Virus record (IMG/VR): IMGVR_UViG_3300025534_000004
Span: 64,001 to 128,000 of that record
Origin: a virus
Direction: 5' to 3' (one strand)
DNA length: 64,000 nucleotides
Position numbers and translations under genes: made by a program. This document shows, piece by piece, positions 11,455 through 21,670 of the stretch; position 1 is the first letter of the stretch, and every line of letters begins with the position of its first letter. Under the pieces are notes generated by a model, which was not told where the DNA came from, made no database searches, and saw only the letters and a list, made by a program, of their open reading frames with translations.

Positions 11455-11498
11455 AACCGTGTGAATTCGGTTGACAGAACCGCGTATTGTGGTAGAGT
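11455..11498 (+). promoter_or_regulatory. sigma70-like promoter with AACCG palindromic operators
   Basis: AACCG-N8-CGGTT overlapping TTGACA, 16-nt spacer containing AACCG, TAGAGT. Confidence 0.7.
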
Positions 11499-11637
11499 GG
11501 TGCCCAGAATGGGATTTCACCGAATGGGCGCCTTCGAGCTTCGCGAACCGACCGCCGACCTTGCGAATCCGGATTTCGGCGGGCGCGCGAAGCACGGCCA
11601 TGCGGCCATTCGGATGTTCTCCAAGGGAAACTGAACC

Positions 11638-11991
11638 GTGTCCGAGCCTGTTCTCCACGAAGGCGTCAAGGTCTACGAGGGCCGCCCGTCAGATGACGCC
11701 ATGCTGGCCCGGATGCGGCGGGACAAGATCACCCGCCTCGTCGAGGCGATCCGCTGGGAGCACAGCTACAAGCCCGCCAGCGCCGCCGATATGGCGACGC
11801 CCGAAGCCTATACGGCGCACCTCAAGAGGCTGCGCCGTTATGGCGTCCGGGTCTGGGCGGAGCCCGCCATCGGCAAGGAGACGTACACCTACAGGATGCG
11901 CGGCGACGGCCGCGTCGTGCGGTCGTCGGTTCCGGTAGAGATCGACCGGTACCTGACCATCGCCGAGGGCGGCGAAACCCTCGCAGCATGA
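11638..11991 (+). CDS. Hypothetical early protein
   Basis: SD AAGGGA; downstream of the promoter. Confidence 0.55.
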   Translation: MSEPVLHEGVKVYEGRPSDDAMLARMRRDKITRLVEAIRWEHSYKPASAADMATPEAYTAHLKRLRRYGVRVWAEPAIGKETYTYRMRGDGRVVRSSVPVEIDRYLTIAEGGETLAA

Positions 11992-12389
11992 ACATTTCCA
12001 ACCATCAGCATTGAAGGACGCAAATGGCATGAGTTTCGCGTACTACGTCTGGGGCGGCCTGTTCCACAGCACCGAGGCTGCATGGGCGCCCGCGCCGAAC
12101 CCCGCTGACCTGATCGGCCCGCTTGAACTCTACGGCCCCTTCGCCACGGAAGCCGAAGCCGAACGCGAATGGCTCGGCGGCACGCGCCGCAGCGTGGACT
12201 CCTGTGCGCACCGGCTCATCGTGACCCGCCTGCCCGAGGCCGATGCCCCGGTATGGGTCGAGCAACTGCGAAACGCGGTCGCCGCGACGGCCTGAACCTC
12301 GACGACCGAGACGCCTTGTCGCTGGCGGCAGAGGGTGGATGGGGTCAGCCATCCATGCGCGGCCGGTGTGAGCCCGGCCGCCTGTCACA

Positions 12390-13151
12390 TCAGCCGATCA
12401 CGAACGGCATCCCCATGTGCTGCTCGATGAACTGCGTCAATTCATTGTCGAGCCGCTCGATCTCGGCGGCGGCCTCGGTCTTGAGCGCGTCGCCGTTCAG
12501 GGTGATGCCGCCCTGCGGTCCGGCGAGGTTGCCGAACTTGCTGCGGGCCTCACCTATGATCTGCTTGCAGATGGCGGTCGCGTAGTCACGAATCCACGGC
12601 CGCGCATACACGTCATTGAGGATGGCGCTCTCGGGGCGCGCATTGAACACGTGGAGCGCGATCTGCTCGACGGCGCCGAACCGTCGCTGCAAGGTCAGGC
12701 GCTTCGTGCTCGCATCCCAGATGAACATGATGTCGCGCCCGAACATCCGGCCGACCGTCTCCTGATACTGCATGGCGAAGTCGTAGAGTGCGAGCGTGCC
12801 CGAACCGCTGCCGAAGCTGCTGGGATTCTGTAGCAGGTACAGGTTGTTCGTCCACGCGAGGCTGAACGGGTCGATGGCTGCGCCGCCCGCCGTGCCGCCG
12901 ATGCTGCGGCGGTAGATGGCGCGCACCTCCTGAACCTCGTCCGGCAGGGTGTATGTGGCGACATCCGGCTGCACGTCGAGGAACACGAAGCTCTCCTCAA
13001 GGGAGTTGTCGCTGCGCTGCCGGTACCGACCGAGTGCCATGTCCACGGCGAGGTCGTAATGCTCGGGGTCCAATTCGAGGTCCACGATCTGCGCGCCAAG
13101 GCGCAGCTTGATCTCGTTGATGAGTTTCTGACGGAGCGACATCTCGGCCAT
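12390..13151 (-). CDS. Neck protein (T4 gp13-like)
   Basis: LRLGAQIVDLELDPEH...WIRDYATAICKQIIGEARSKF...GGITLNG...MPFVIG; TAAATA at 13179-13184. Confidence 0.85.
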   Translation of the reverse strand: MAEMSLRQKLINEIKLRLGAQIVDLELDPEHYDLAVDMALGRYRQRSDNSLEESFVFLDVQPDVATYTLPDEVQEVRAIYRRSIGGTAGGAAIDPFSLAWTNNLYLLQNPSSFGSGSGTLALYDFAMQYQETVGRMFGRDIMFIWDASTKRLTLQRRFGAVEQIALHVFNARPESAILNDVYARPWIRDYATAICKQIIGEARSKFGNLAGPQGGITLNGDALKTEAAAEIERLDNELTQFIEQHMGMPFVIG

Positions 13152-13405
13152 GATGGGTATCCGGGTAAGGGGTGCCCCTATTTATCGGTTCGAACTAGTA
13201 TAATTTGGTTGACCACTTCGTGTTTTGGTCTAACCTCCGACGCGGATAATGAGGAATTTCCGCATGAGCCCTTTCCGCAAGCGCCTGATGGCTGCCGGGG
13301 GAGCCCCGCGCCGCCGTTGGTTCATCAGCGGCCTGCGTCCATGGCGGACCCGCCCGCTGCGTCATGGCCTCTGGATGCCATCGCTGCTGAGTGGGCGATG
13401 AACCG

Positions 13406-13828
13406 ATGAAGGCCATTCTTCTCGGCGCCGCGCTGGCCTTGATGTCCCCCGTGGCGGTCGCCCAGACTACCTTCGAGTTCCGTGACCCGGCTGGCCGCCA
13501 GACGGGGCGGGCCATCGAGCGGGACGGCGTTACGCGCTTCTACGACCCGGCCGGGCGGAACACCGGCCGTGCCGTCGAGGATGACGATACCCGTCGCTTC
13601 TACGACCCGGCGGGGCACCTTGAGGGACGCGCCCAAAGCAGCGGCAACACCACGCGCTTCTATGATCCCGCCGGGCGCTTGCAGGGCCGTGCGGTGGAGG
13701 ACGGGAATACCACCCGGTACTATGACCCGGCCGGGCGCCTCACCGGGCGCAGCGTACGCCGGGGCGACACCATCGAGACCTATGACCCCGCCGGGCGCCT
13801 CACCGGGCGCACCACGGTACGCCGCTGA
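13406..13828 (+). CDS. Secreted protein with six 19-aa repeats (TRFYDPAGRxTGRAVEDG)
   Basis: Signal peptide MKAILLGAALALMSPVAVAQ; 57-nt tandem repeats. Confidence 0.75.
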   Translation: MKAILLGAALALMSPVAVAQTTFEFRDPAGRQTGRAIERDGVTRFYDPAGRNTGRAVEDDDTRRFYDPAGHLEGRAQSSGNTTRFYDPAGRLQGRAVEDGNTTRYYDPAGRLTGRSVRRGDTIETYDPAGRLTGRTTVRR

Positions 13829-14788
13829 GGAGGGCCGACCATGAAGATCGGCAGCATTCCTTCCGGTTGGATCGCCATCACGGGCGTCTTGACCGCCGAG
13901 ACGAACCTCACGCTCCTCAAGCGCGTGGACGCGAAGGGCATCGACCACAAGGACCTTGATGCGGTCCGGCGCGAATGGGAAGCCCTCAAAGCCGAGCAGC
14001 GGACCGCGCAGGCCGGACCATGACCTCGTCGCGGGCGGCCGGTGCCGAGGGGCAAGCCTCGCGTTCCGGCCCACCCATATCCCCGTTTGGGACGACCACG
14101 ACCCACGGGTTCGCACAGATGGTCCGGGCGCCGGGGCCTAGCGTGTCGTAGCGCGCCGTGACCGCCTCGGGCCTGCCGATTAGCACCGCGCAGCCCGGCT
14201 CATTCTCCACGGCGCGCAGCAGGCGCACCCAGAAGGCGTCCGGTCCATCCGGGTGGTCCGGGAACCACAGTCCCACGTCCTGCGGCCCCGCCGCCTTGCC
14301 GTTTTCGTCCAGCAGAATGGCGGGCCTCGGGGGAATATCGGGTTCCAAGAATTCGAAGGCTGGCGGATCGGGTGGCATGGGCGCGAACATCAGCGCCAAC
14401 GGATGATCGTGCGCCACGGTGTACCGTTTCATGAAGCCTCCTCGGCGACCGAATGCAGCCGGGCAAATGATGCGCGCGGCCTCACGCATTATGCAGGATA
14501 TTGCTACGGAACAGCGCCAGCAAGGCGGCCTCCGCCTTGGGCACCACGAGACAGAAGTCGGCCCAAATCCGAGACATGGTGGTCCGGGGCGGAGTTCCGG
14601 ATCACGTAGCGCAGGATGCGCCAAAGCAGGATCGGACGCAGCGGGTCATCGTCGAGGCAGGCGCGAGCGAACCGGTAACGAGGCATCAGCGGTTCCTTCT
14701 GGGCGAGCTTAGCCTAGTACAAATGCCATTTCCGGCAAGGGATTTCGCCGGGCCTAAATAGGTCTAACCCCCTTTCATAGGTGCGCAA

Positions 14789-15880
14789 TTGCCCCGCTTG
14801 AGTCTTTGGGCGTCCGGCCGCAAAGGAGCCGATTACAAATTCATCGACCGCACGGTGTCGGAGTATTTCGGCGCGAGCGGTACCGCCGCCTACGTTCATC
14901 TCTATCTCGGCCCGCACGAACAACCGGATGGCGTCTACACGCCCGGCGCGGCCGGGGAGCAGGGTCAGGTGACCAACCAGTCCAACGTCACCAGCATTCA
15001 GGACGTGCTGTTTCTTGAGAACCGCGACCGGAAGTACAGCGACACGGTCTACGAGCTTCGCGCCATCTACAATGTCGGCGACGCCGATTTCGACCTGCGC
15101 CAGTTCGGCCTCTTTTTGCAGAACGACACCAAATTCATCGAGTTCCACCTCAACGACATGATCGCCGTGCTCGGCCGCAAGCTGATGCCGGGCGATGTGC
15201 TGGAACTCCCGCACGAGCGTGACGACGTGCTGCTCGATCCGAAAGCGCCCGCCATCAACAAATTCTACGTCGTCGAGGACGCCAACCGGGCGAGCGATGG
15301 CTATAGCGCGACATGGTGGCCGCATATCTGGCGCGTCAAGGTCACGCCGATGCCGGGCGCGCAGGAATATGCCGACATCCTCGACAAGCAGGCGCAAAAC
15401 CCCTTTGGCTTCGATCAGGGCCGCATCGGCGACCTGATGACCAGCATGGCGAACGAGCTTGGCCTCAACGAGGCGATTGTCGAGCAGGCCAAGGCGAGCG
15501 TGCCGAGGCGGTATTTCGAGACGCAGCATTTCTACATGGTGCCGGGCTCGAACAACTACGAGAACCCGTGGATTTTCGCGGGCGACGGCGTGCCCCCGAA
15601 CGGCGCGCAGCTTCTTGGCTCCGGCACCCAGTTCCCCAAAGATGCGGGGCTCGGCGAGTTCTACCTGCGCACCGACTACGACCCGCCGACCTTGTTCCGC
15701 CGCGCCGAGGACCGCTGGGTGATTCAGGAGGTGGACTACCGCCAGACCGATTGGAGCGTCGCGCACCGCCTGCTCAAGAGCTTCATCAACAACGACGCGA
15801 CCGCGCACCATCAGGATGGCACCGAGGCACCCGAGAAGGTCAACCTCTCGAAGGCGGTCAGGCCGAGGGCGGATTTCTGA
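14789..15880 (+). CDS. Neck/head-completion protein (T4 gp14-like)
   Basis: IQDVLFLENRDRKY...DFDLRQFGLFL...GRKLMPGDVLELPH; TAAATA at 14755-14760; TTG start. Confidence 0.75.
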   Translation: MPRLSLWASGRKGADYKFIDRTVSEYFGASGTAAYVHLYLGPHEQPDGVYTPGAAGEQGQVTNQSNVTSIQDVLFLENRDRKYSDTVYELRAIYNVGDADFDLRQFGLFLQNDTKFIEFHLNDMIAVLGRKLMPGDVLELPHERDDVLLDPKAPAINKFYVVEDANRASDGYSATWWPHIWRVKVTPMPGAQEYADILDKQAQNPFGFDQGRIGDLMTSMANELGLNEAIVEQAKASVPRRYFETQHFYMVPGSNNYENPWIFAGDGVPPNGAQLLGSGTQFPKDAGLGEFYLRTDYDPPTLFRRAEDRWVIQEVDYRQTDWSVAHRLLKSFINNDATAHHQDGTEAPEKVNLSKAVRPRADF

Positions 15881-16083
15881 GCCATGCCGCACACGCACAT
15901 CGTCCCACCGCCTTTGCGCATCGTTTTCAAGGGCTGGTGGACCTATCGTGAACTGAGCATGACCGAGGCCGAGGCATATCACCGCCGCAAGGCGGCCGAG
16001 GGTGGCCCGGATGCGGAATTCCATCTGCGTGAGGCGGAGGCGAACCGGGTCTGGGCGAACCGGGTCTGGGCGAAACGCGCACC

Positions 16084-16113
16084 TTGAAAGTCGCGCCACC
16101 CTTCCGGTACAAT
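16084..16113 (+). promoter_or_regulatory. sigma70-like promoter for the ncRNA
   Basis: TTGAAA-18nt-TACAAT, 6 nt before the RNA terminal helix. Confidence 0.7.
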
Positions 16114-16119
16114 GCGATC

Positions 16120-16358
16120 ATGCGCCGGGGCGGCGTGGGAAGTAGACACGCTATTAACCAAGTCGGTGGTGACGCGAGGGTGAGGCCGATCCCAGTGCAA
16201 TCGGCCAAGAGACCGTCGAGGGTACAGGGGGTTTGCACACATCCACCCCCTCAAGTCCCCTAAAGGGGCGGGTAGCGGTCGTCGGGACGCCGGAGTGGCC
16301 GTCCGCCTGAAATATCGGAAAATCCCTATGCCGGAGTAACGCCCGGCCCCCGGCGCAT
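16120..16358 (+). ncRNA. tRNA-like structured ncRNA with a ~180-nt insert replacing the anticodon arm
   Basis: 11-bp terminal helix ATGCGCCGGGG/CCCCGGCGCAT, D-like arm GCGTG/CACGC, T-like arm GCCGG-AGTAACGC-CCGGC, internal hairpins, no credible ORF. Confidence 0.7.
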
Positions 16359-16428
16359 TCTCACCTCCCTCAAAGCGCCGAAGGACCCCGTAAATACGGT
16401 CTCCGAACCCATTTCAGGAGACCATTTC

Positions 16429-16674
16429 ATGGAATTCGATCCGACGAAGCCTTGGTACACCAGCCGCGCCGTGTGGGGCGGCCTGATTGCCATGCTGTCC
16501 TCCATCGCCCTCCTCACCGGGCATGTGATCTACCCCGATGTGCAGAACGCCCTTGTTGACCTGATCATGCAGGGCGTCAGCGTCGTCGGCGGCCTCATCG
16601 CTGTCTTTAGCCGCGTACGGACGACCCCGGCGGACAGCACGGCCGATCCAAAGACCGAGGTTTCCGAGCAGTAA
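16429..16674 (+). CDS. Holin-like two-TM protein
   Basis: KPWYTSRAVWGGLIA, two hydrophobic helices, directly upstream of the endolysin; TAAATA at 16391-16396. Confidence 0.65.
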   Translation: MEFDPTKPWYTSRAVWGGLIAMLSSIALLTGHVIYPDVQNALVDLIMQGVSVVGGLIAVFSRVRTTPADSTADPKTEVSEQ

Positions 16675-16677
16675 GTC

Positions 16678-16707
16678 TTGCGGGACCGGGCGATCCCGGT
16701 CCCGCAA
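16678..16707. terminator. 13-bp perfect hairpin between holin-like gene and endolysin
   Basis: TTGCGGGACCGGG-CGAT-CCCGGTCCCGCAA. Confidence 0.6.
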
Positions 16708-16752
16708 ACCACAAAAATAAATACGTGCGCCAAGTTGATTTGGACGCACGTT

Positions 16753-17364
16753 ATGATCACTGCTTCCCTGCTGCGCGGTCTGTTTCCCGCGCTTCCCAAT
16801 CCAGAAGCGTTCGTTGCGCCTCTTACGAAGGTTTGTGCAAAGTACGGCATCAACACCAAGGCGCGTCTCGCTGCTTTTCTCGCGCAGGTTGGCCACGAGA
16901 GCGGTGGGTTCCGCTATCTCAAAGAGAACCTGAATTACTCGTCCGACGCGCTGCTCCGGGTGTTTCCGAAGTATTTCCCGACCCGCGCGCTCGCCGAGAG
17001 CTACGCCCGTAAGCCCGCGAAGATCGGCTCCCGCATCTACGCCAACCGCATGGGCAATGGCGACGAGGCGAGCGGAGACGGCTACAAGTTTTGCGGTCGC
17101 GGTGCGATTCAGCTTACCGGCAGGCAGAACTATGAGCGGTTCGCCGCCGCTATGGAGATGTCGCTCGACGACGCCATCGCCTATCTTGAAACACCGGAGG
17201 GGGCCTGCATGAGCGCGGGCTGGTTCTGGGCCGACAATGCCTTGAATGCCCTTGCCGACCGGGGAGACTTCGTGACGCTGACCCGGCGCATCAACGGGGG
17301 CACCAACGGTCTCGCCGACCGTCAGGCCCTCTACGCCAAGGCCAAGCGTCTGCTTGGCATCTGA
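16753..17364 (+). CDS. Endolysin, glycoside hydrolase family 19
   Basis: FLAQVGHESGGF, ENLNYS, DGYKFCGRGAIQLTGRQNY, INGGTNGLADR; TAAATA at 16718-16723. Confidence 0.9.
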   Translation: MITASLLRGLFPALPNPEAFVAPLTKVCAKYGINTKARLAAFLAQVGHESGGFRYLKENLNYSSDALLRVFPKYFPTRALAESYARKPAKIGSRIYANRMGNGDEASGDGYKFCGRGAIQLTGRQNYERFAAAMEMSLDDAIAYLETPEGACMSAGWFWADNALNALADRGDFVTLTRRINGGTNGLADRQALYAKAKRLLGI

Positions 17365-17483
17365 TGCCTCTGGATATCTGGCCCTCCGTCCTGCGCGTAG
17401 CTTGCCAGCCGAACCAATGCATCCCAGTCCGGGCTAAATAAGTTCGGTTTTTGAGGCGCGACTGCGCAGGATTTGAGGAAGCC

Positions 17484-19514
17484 ATGTCGAACAAAAAGCT
17501 CCGCGTCAGGGACGGCATCGAGTCGGACGCCGACATCATTTCAGCCACGAGTGTACAGGCACCGACTTTCAAAGGCGCACTCGATGGCAATGCCGCCACT
17601 GCCACGAAGCTCGCTACCGCGCGCACTCTTGCACTGGCTGGCGACGCAACCGGTTCGATCAGCTTCGACGGCACCGCGAACCGTACCATCACCCTCACCC
17701 TTGTCGCCACCGGAGTCACCGCTGGAACCTATCGTTCGGTGGTGGTCGATGCCAAGGGTCGGGTGACCGGCGGCACGAATCCCACCATCACCCTGACAGG
17801 GGATGTGACCGGAAGCGGCGGTACCACCATCGCAACCACCCTGCGCGACACGGGCGTAGTTCCCGGCACCTACAACACGGTCGTCGTGGACGCCAAGGGA
17901 CGGATCACGGGCGCGACCAATGTCACGCCCGGCGCGCCTGCCTTCCTCACTATCGCCATGTCGGACGCCGACCTGTCCCTGACCGCGAGCCAGCAGGCGA
18001 ATGGCATGATTGTCCTGACCGGGTCCCTGACGGGCTACCGCTACGTCAATCTCTTGGCCGGGGTGCAGAAAACCGCCCTGACCATCCGCAACAACACGAC
18101 GGGCGGCTATCCGGTGATCCTCCGCGTGCTCAACGGCGGCGCCACGGTGTCGGTCGAGAGCGGCATGGCGCGCACCGTCCACTGCGACGGCACCAATGTC
18201 GTGGAAGCGATCTCCGCCATGGGGTCAATCTTCGTCGGCAACGGCAACGTCACCATCGGCAGCACCGTCATTCCGACCGCCAGTGGCCAGACCATCCTCA
18301 CCCTCGATCATCCGGCGAACGGCGGCGCCCTCGACCTGCGCAAGAATGGTTCGCGCTACGCCGCTCTGACCATTACCACCAACAATGCGCTGAACATCAA
18401 CGCCCTCGCTGGCGCCATCAATTTCCTGACCAGCAATACGACGCGCATGACGCTGGCCTCGAACGGCAAGCTCGGGATCGGCACCAATGCACCGGCCTAT
18501 CAGCTTGCCGTCGCGGGGGACGGCGGCGAGGTATCCGAAACCGATCCGGGCAACGGCACGACGTGGCGGAACGCGGCGATCAGCATCGCCAATACCAATC
18601 CGAACGCGCTGCGTACTTGGTCGCTTTCAACGCGCATCAATGGCACCCTCCATCTGGCCGATGACACCTCGGGCCGCACCCGCCTTTCCATCGATGCGCT
18701 GGGCAATCTCTACGTGGGCGATGCCACGGGCAACCAGATCGCCAACTTCGGCATGGTCCTGCGAGCCCATGCAGCCGCGTCGGGCGATGTTCGCCTCGTA
18801 CCGGGAGATGCGTCCTACTCCGGCCATCTCGCCTTCTATGGTCCGGATGGGTTGACCCGGTGCGGCATCGTCGGAAGGGCGGATGCCGACACCACGCATA
18901 TCGACGCCGATGGCAACCAATTGGCCTTTACGACCGGCGGCGGCACCGGCCGGGCGTTCCTGACCAAGGGCGGCCGGTTCTACGTCCCGACCGGCGAAGT
19001 CATCAACGTCAGCAACTACGGATACGTCAGCGGCAATTCCTCGGCGCCCACCGGCTTCTTCAGCGGCTCGGTTTCCGTGCCGGTCGGCCTGCACACCGAG
19101 CACCGGGCCATCGCGCTGGAATTCAATGCCTATTCCGACGAACGCTACAAGACGGATATCAAGGACATCACCGATGCGGAGGGCGTGGATTTCGTCCGCC
19201 GGGTGTCCCCCAAGACCTTCCATTTGAAGGACGATGCCTCGGGCGAGTTGAAGTCCGGCTACATCGCGCAGGAAGTCGCCAAATCCGGCGACTATGCCCA
19301 CATGGTGGAGCCGCACCGGCACGCCGGGCTGCCTGAGGTCACCGATGTGGACGGGTTCACCAGCCCGGCCGATGTCGGCCTGAGCATCAACTATCTGGAA
19401 GCCATCCCCTACCTGCACGCGGCGCTGCGCCATGCCTTAGCCCGCATAGCGGAGCTTGAGGCGAAGCTCGGGATGCGGGATCGCGAGCCCGGACGCCCGC
19501 CGCAGGCGCCATAA
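17484..19514 (+). CDS. Tail fibre with C-terminal S74 intramolecular chaperone
   Basis: GNAATATKLATART, duplicated GVTAGTYxxVVVDAKGR(V/I)TG, YSDERYKTDI...GYIAQEV...coiled coil; TAAATA at 17435-17440. Confidence 0.85.
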   Translation: MSNKKLRVRDGIESDADIISATSVQAPTFKGALDGNAATATKLATARTLALAGDATGSISFDGTANRTITLTLVATGVTAGTYRSVVVDAKGRVTGGTNPTITLTGDVTGSGGTTIATTLRDTGVVPGTYNTVVVDAKGRITGATNVTPGAPAFLTIAMSDADLSLTASQQANGMIVLTGSLTGYRYVNLLAGVQKTALTIRNNTTGGYPVILRVLNGGATVSVESGMARTVHCDGTNVVEAISAMGSIFVGNGNVTIGSTVIPTASGQTILTLDHPANGGALDLRKNGSRYAALTITTNNALNINALAGAINFLTSNTTRMTLASNGKLGIGTNAPAYQLAVAGDGGEVSETDPGNGTTWRNAAISIANTNPNALRTWSLSTRINGTLHLADDTSGRTRLSIDALGNLYVGDATGNQIANFGMVLRAHAAASGDVRLVPGDASYSGHLAFYGPDGLTRCGIVGRADADTTHIDADGNQLAFTTGGGTGRAFLTKGGRFYVPTGEVINVSNYGYVSGNSSAPTGFFSGSVSVPVGLHTEHRAIALEFNAYSDERYKTDIKDITDAEGVDFVRRVSPKTFHLKDDASGELKSGYIAQEVAKSGDYAHMVEPHRHAGLPEVTDVDGFTSPADVGLSINYLEAIPYLHAALRHALARIAELEAKLGMRDREPGRPPQAP

Positions 19515-19540
19515 GGACGCCGTCGGGGAGACATACCAGC

Positions 19541-20905
19541 ATGGCAATCCATAACTTGGACTACTGGTACGACGCCTCGATGCGTCGTTATCTGGAACAG
19601 ATCGTCGGCGCTTTTTCGGGCTTCCAGTACATGACCGGCTCGCGCAACGGCGCGGCGCCGCAGCTTATGACGGTGCCATGCACGCTCGCCAAGACCGACC
19701 GCATGGTGGGCCACATCATGCGGAATCTCTCGGAGAACACGCTCCTGACCGTCCCGATGATCACGGTGTACCAGACTGGCCTCACCGGTCGGCGCGACGA
19801 CGTGCAGTATCCGGGCTTCGTGGACACCTTGCAGGTGACCGAGCGCGCCATCGATCCAAGTGGCCGGTACACGGGCGAAAAGGGCAACAGCTATTCGGTG
19901 CAGCGGCTCATGCCGCGCCCGTTCCTCATGACGGTGCAGGTCGATCTCTGGACGAGCAATCTCGATCAGAAGCACCAGTTGGCCGAACAGATTCTCACGA
20001 TCATCTATCCGACCTTCGACATCCAGAACAGCAGCAACGCGCTGGACTGGACGGCGCTCACGACGATTTCGGTCGAGGACATTAGCTGGACCTCGCGCTC
20101 CATCCCTGTCGGAACCGAATCCGACATCGACATCATGACGATCACGCTGAACGTGCCGATCTGGCTGAGCCCGCCCGCCAAGGTGAAGCAGCAGAAGATC
20201 ATTCAGGCAATCGTGACGAACATCTTCGAGGGTGGGCGCGGGGGCGCGGATGGCCGGATGATGAAGAAGGCGCTGCTGGCGCAGCACGTCACCACGCCGC
20301 ACAACCATCGTTTGCTGGTGGATGGCGACGTGCTGACCCTTCTGAACGGCCATGGCGGCGAGACCGGCGAGGACGGCGAACCCCTCTCGTGGAAGCGCCT
20401 GTTCGAGGAATACGGCCTGTTCGTTCCGGGCCAGAGCCGCATTGCGCTCAATGGCACCGAGGATATCGAGGCCGAGGACCTGATCACCGGCCTGATCACC
20501 CTCGATGCCGCTGCGCCGAACAAGCTCCGCTGGCAGATCGACCCCGAGACCCTGCCCGCGAACACGCTGCCCGCCGTGGACGCCATCATCGACCCGGTGC
20601 GCACCGCCCCCGGCTCCGGCCTCCCGGCCCCGGTCGAGGGCATCCGGTACCTGCTCGTGGGGGATGTCGCCCCGAGCCTCGCATGGGGTCAATTCTCCGC
20701 CCGCGAGCACGACATCATCGAGTACCGCGAGGGGCAATGGACGGTGGCGTTCAAATCGGCCGAGGTCGCGGAGCCACAGTTCGTCCTCAACCGGAACAAG
20801 GGGCGTCAGTTGCGCTGGAACGGCCGCGAATGGCTGTTGAGCATCGACGGCGAGTACGGTCCGGGCTTCTGGAAGCTCATGCTCGCGGCCAATCCTGCCT
20901 CCTGA
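19541..20905 (+). CDS. Tail sheath stabiliser/terminator (T4 gp15-like) with C-terminal extension
   Basis: YWYDASMRRY...RLMPRPF...QKHQLAEQILTIIYP...PIWLSPPAKV. Confidence 0.8.
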   Translation: MAIHNLDYWYDASMRRYLEQIVGAFSGFQYMTGSRNGAAPQLMTVPCTLAKTDRMVGHIMRNLSENTLLTVPMITVYQTGLTGRRDDVQYPGFVDTLQVTERAIDPSGRYTGEKGNSYSVQRLMPRPFLMTVQVDLWTSNLDQKHQLAEQILTIIYPTFDIQNSSNALDWTALTTISVEDISWTSRSIPVGTESDIDIMTITLNVPIWLSPPAKVKQQKIIQAIVTNIFEGGRGGADGRMMKKALLAQHVTTPHNHRLLVDGDVLTLLNGHGGETGEDGEPLSWKRLFEEYGLFVPGQSRIALNGTEDIEAEDLITGLITLDAAAPNKLRWQIDPETLPANTLPAVDAIIDPVRTAPGSGLPAPVEGIRYLLVGDVAPSLAWGQFSAREHDIIEYREGQWTVAFKSAEVAEPQFVLNRNKGRQLRWNGREWLLSIDGEYGPGFWKLMLAANPAS

Positions 20906-20914
20906 TGGCCGGGC

Positions 20915-21409
20915 TCACCATTTCGTAACCGTCTCCTCGTCCACCCACGTATAGTCGGGATGGCGGTCGTTGACTTCGTCGAGATGCTCGCCGAAGCGCA
21001 TCTTGAAATGCAGGAGGTCGGCCTCGGTTTCGAAATTGAACTGCCAGTAGCCGTGGTTGACGTGCCGCCGCTCGGGATAGGCGTCGTACTTGTTGGGTTT
21101 CGGTAGGTACGAGTAGCTCTTGTCCCGATAGACGAGGATCACGTCGCCTTCGAGATGGCGTTCGACGAAGCGCCGGATGTCCACCCGCAGCGCGCCGCAT
21201 TTGTGGCCCTCGCGGAATTCGTCGAAGCGATCCTTGTGCATGTACAGTGCGTACGGGTACCCGGACTCGACGGTGAAATGCCAACGTCCGGTGCCCGACC
21301 GGCTGTCCCAATACGCATCGGGGAAGTAGAATTTAGGATCGCGCGGTCCGCTAGGCTGGAATTCATTGAGTTGGATCAATGCCATCGTCACCGTCCCAGC
21401 GGTGCGCAA
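20915..21409 (-). CDS. Hypothetical, dispersed paralog family
   Basis: WQFNFETEADLLHFKMRF. Confidence 0.6.
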   Translation of the reverse strand: MRTAGTVTMALIQLNEFQPSGPRDPKFYFPDAYWDSRSGTGRWHFTVESGYPYALYMHKDRFDEFREGHKCGALRVDIRRFVERHLEGDVILVYRDKSYSYLPKPNKYDAYPERRHVNHGYWQFNFETEADLLHFKMRFGEHLDEVNDRHPDYTWVDEETVTKW

Positions 21410-21597
21410 TAACGGGAACCGTCGTCCATGCTGCCCAAGACGGCGCAGCGCGCCACGAAGGGATCGGTGCCGCGTTCGATGAGCCGTGCGACCGCCTCAT
21501 ATCGCGCACGGTCGCGCAGATCGGAGAACCCGCTACAGGTGATGATGGTCACCGCGACCAGCGCGGCGATGGCGAGCCAGAATTTCTTGGTATCCAT
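21388..21597 (-). CDS. Small membrane protein
   Basis: N-terminal TM helix; GTDPFVARCAV. Confidence 0.55.
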   Translation of the reverse strand: MDTKKFWLAIAALVAVTIITCSGFSDLRDRARYEAVARLIERGTDPFVARCAVLGSMDDGSRYCAPLGR

Positions 21598-21670
21598 GAC
21601 GAATGCCTTCTCAAAATGGAGTTTTGAGAACCGACTTATCTCGGTTTGCGGCAGGCCGTCAAGGGAGGCT

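Noticed and set aside
13470-13825. CRISPR array
   Set aside because: The 57-nt units are degenerate in-frame coding repeats without unique spacers. No array was seen near tnpB either.
16040-16074. 15-nt tandem duplication (ANRVW x2)
   Set aside because: Simple in-frame slippage at the end of a small ORF; no further structure.
14714-16099. Long antisense ORFs (also 19409-20737, 45812-47158, 40119-41267, 60675-61655)
   Set aside because: Shadow frames of real high-GC genes, with no motifs or RBS.
16120-16358. tmRNA or intron-containing tRNA
   Set aside because: No G3-U70 Ala acceptor, no convincing tag ORF, no recognisable group I core or split anticodon.
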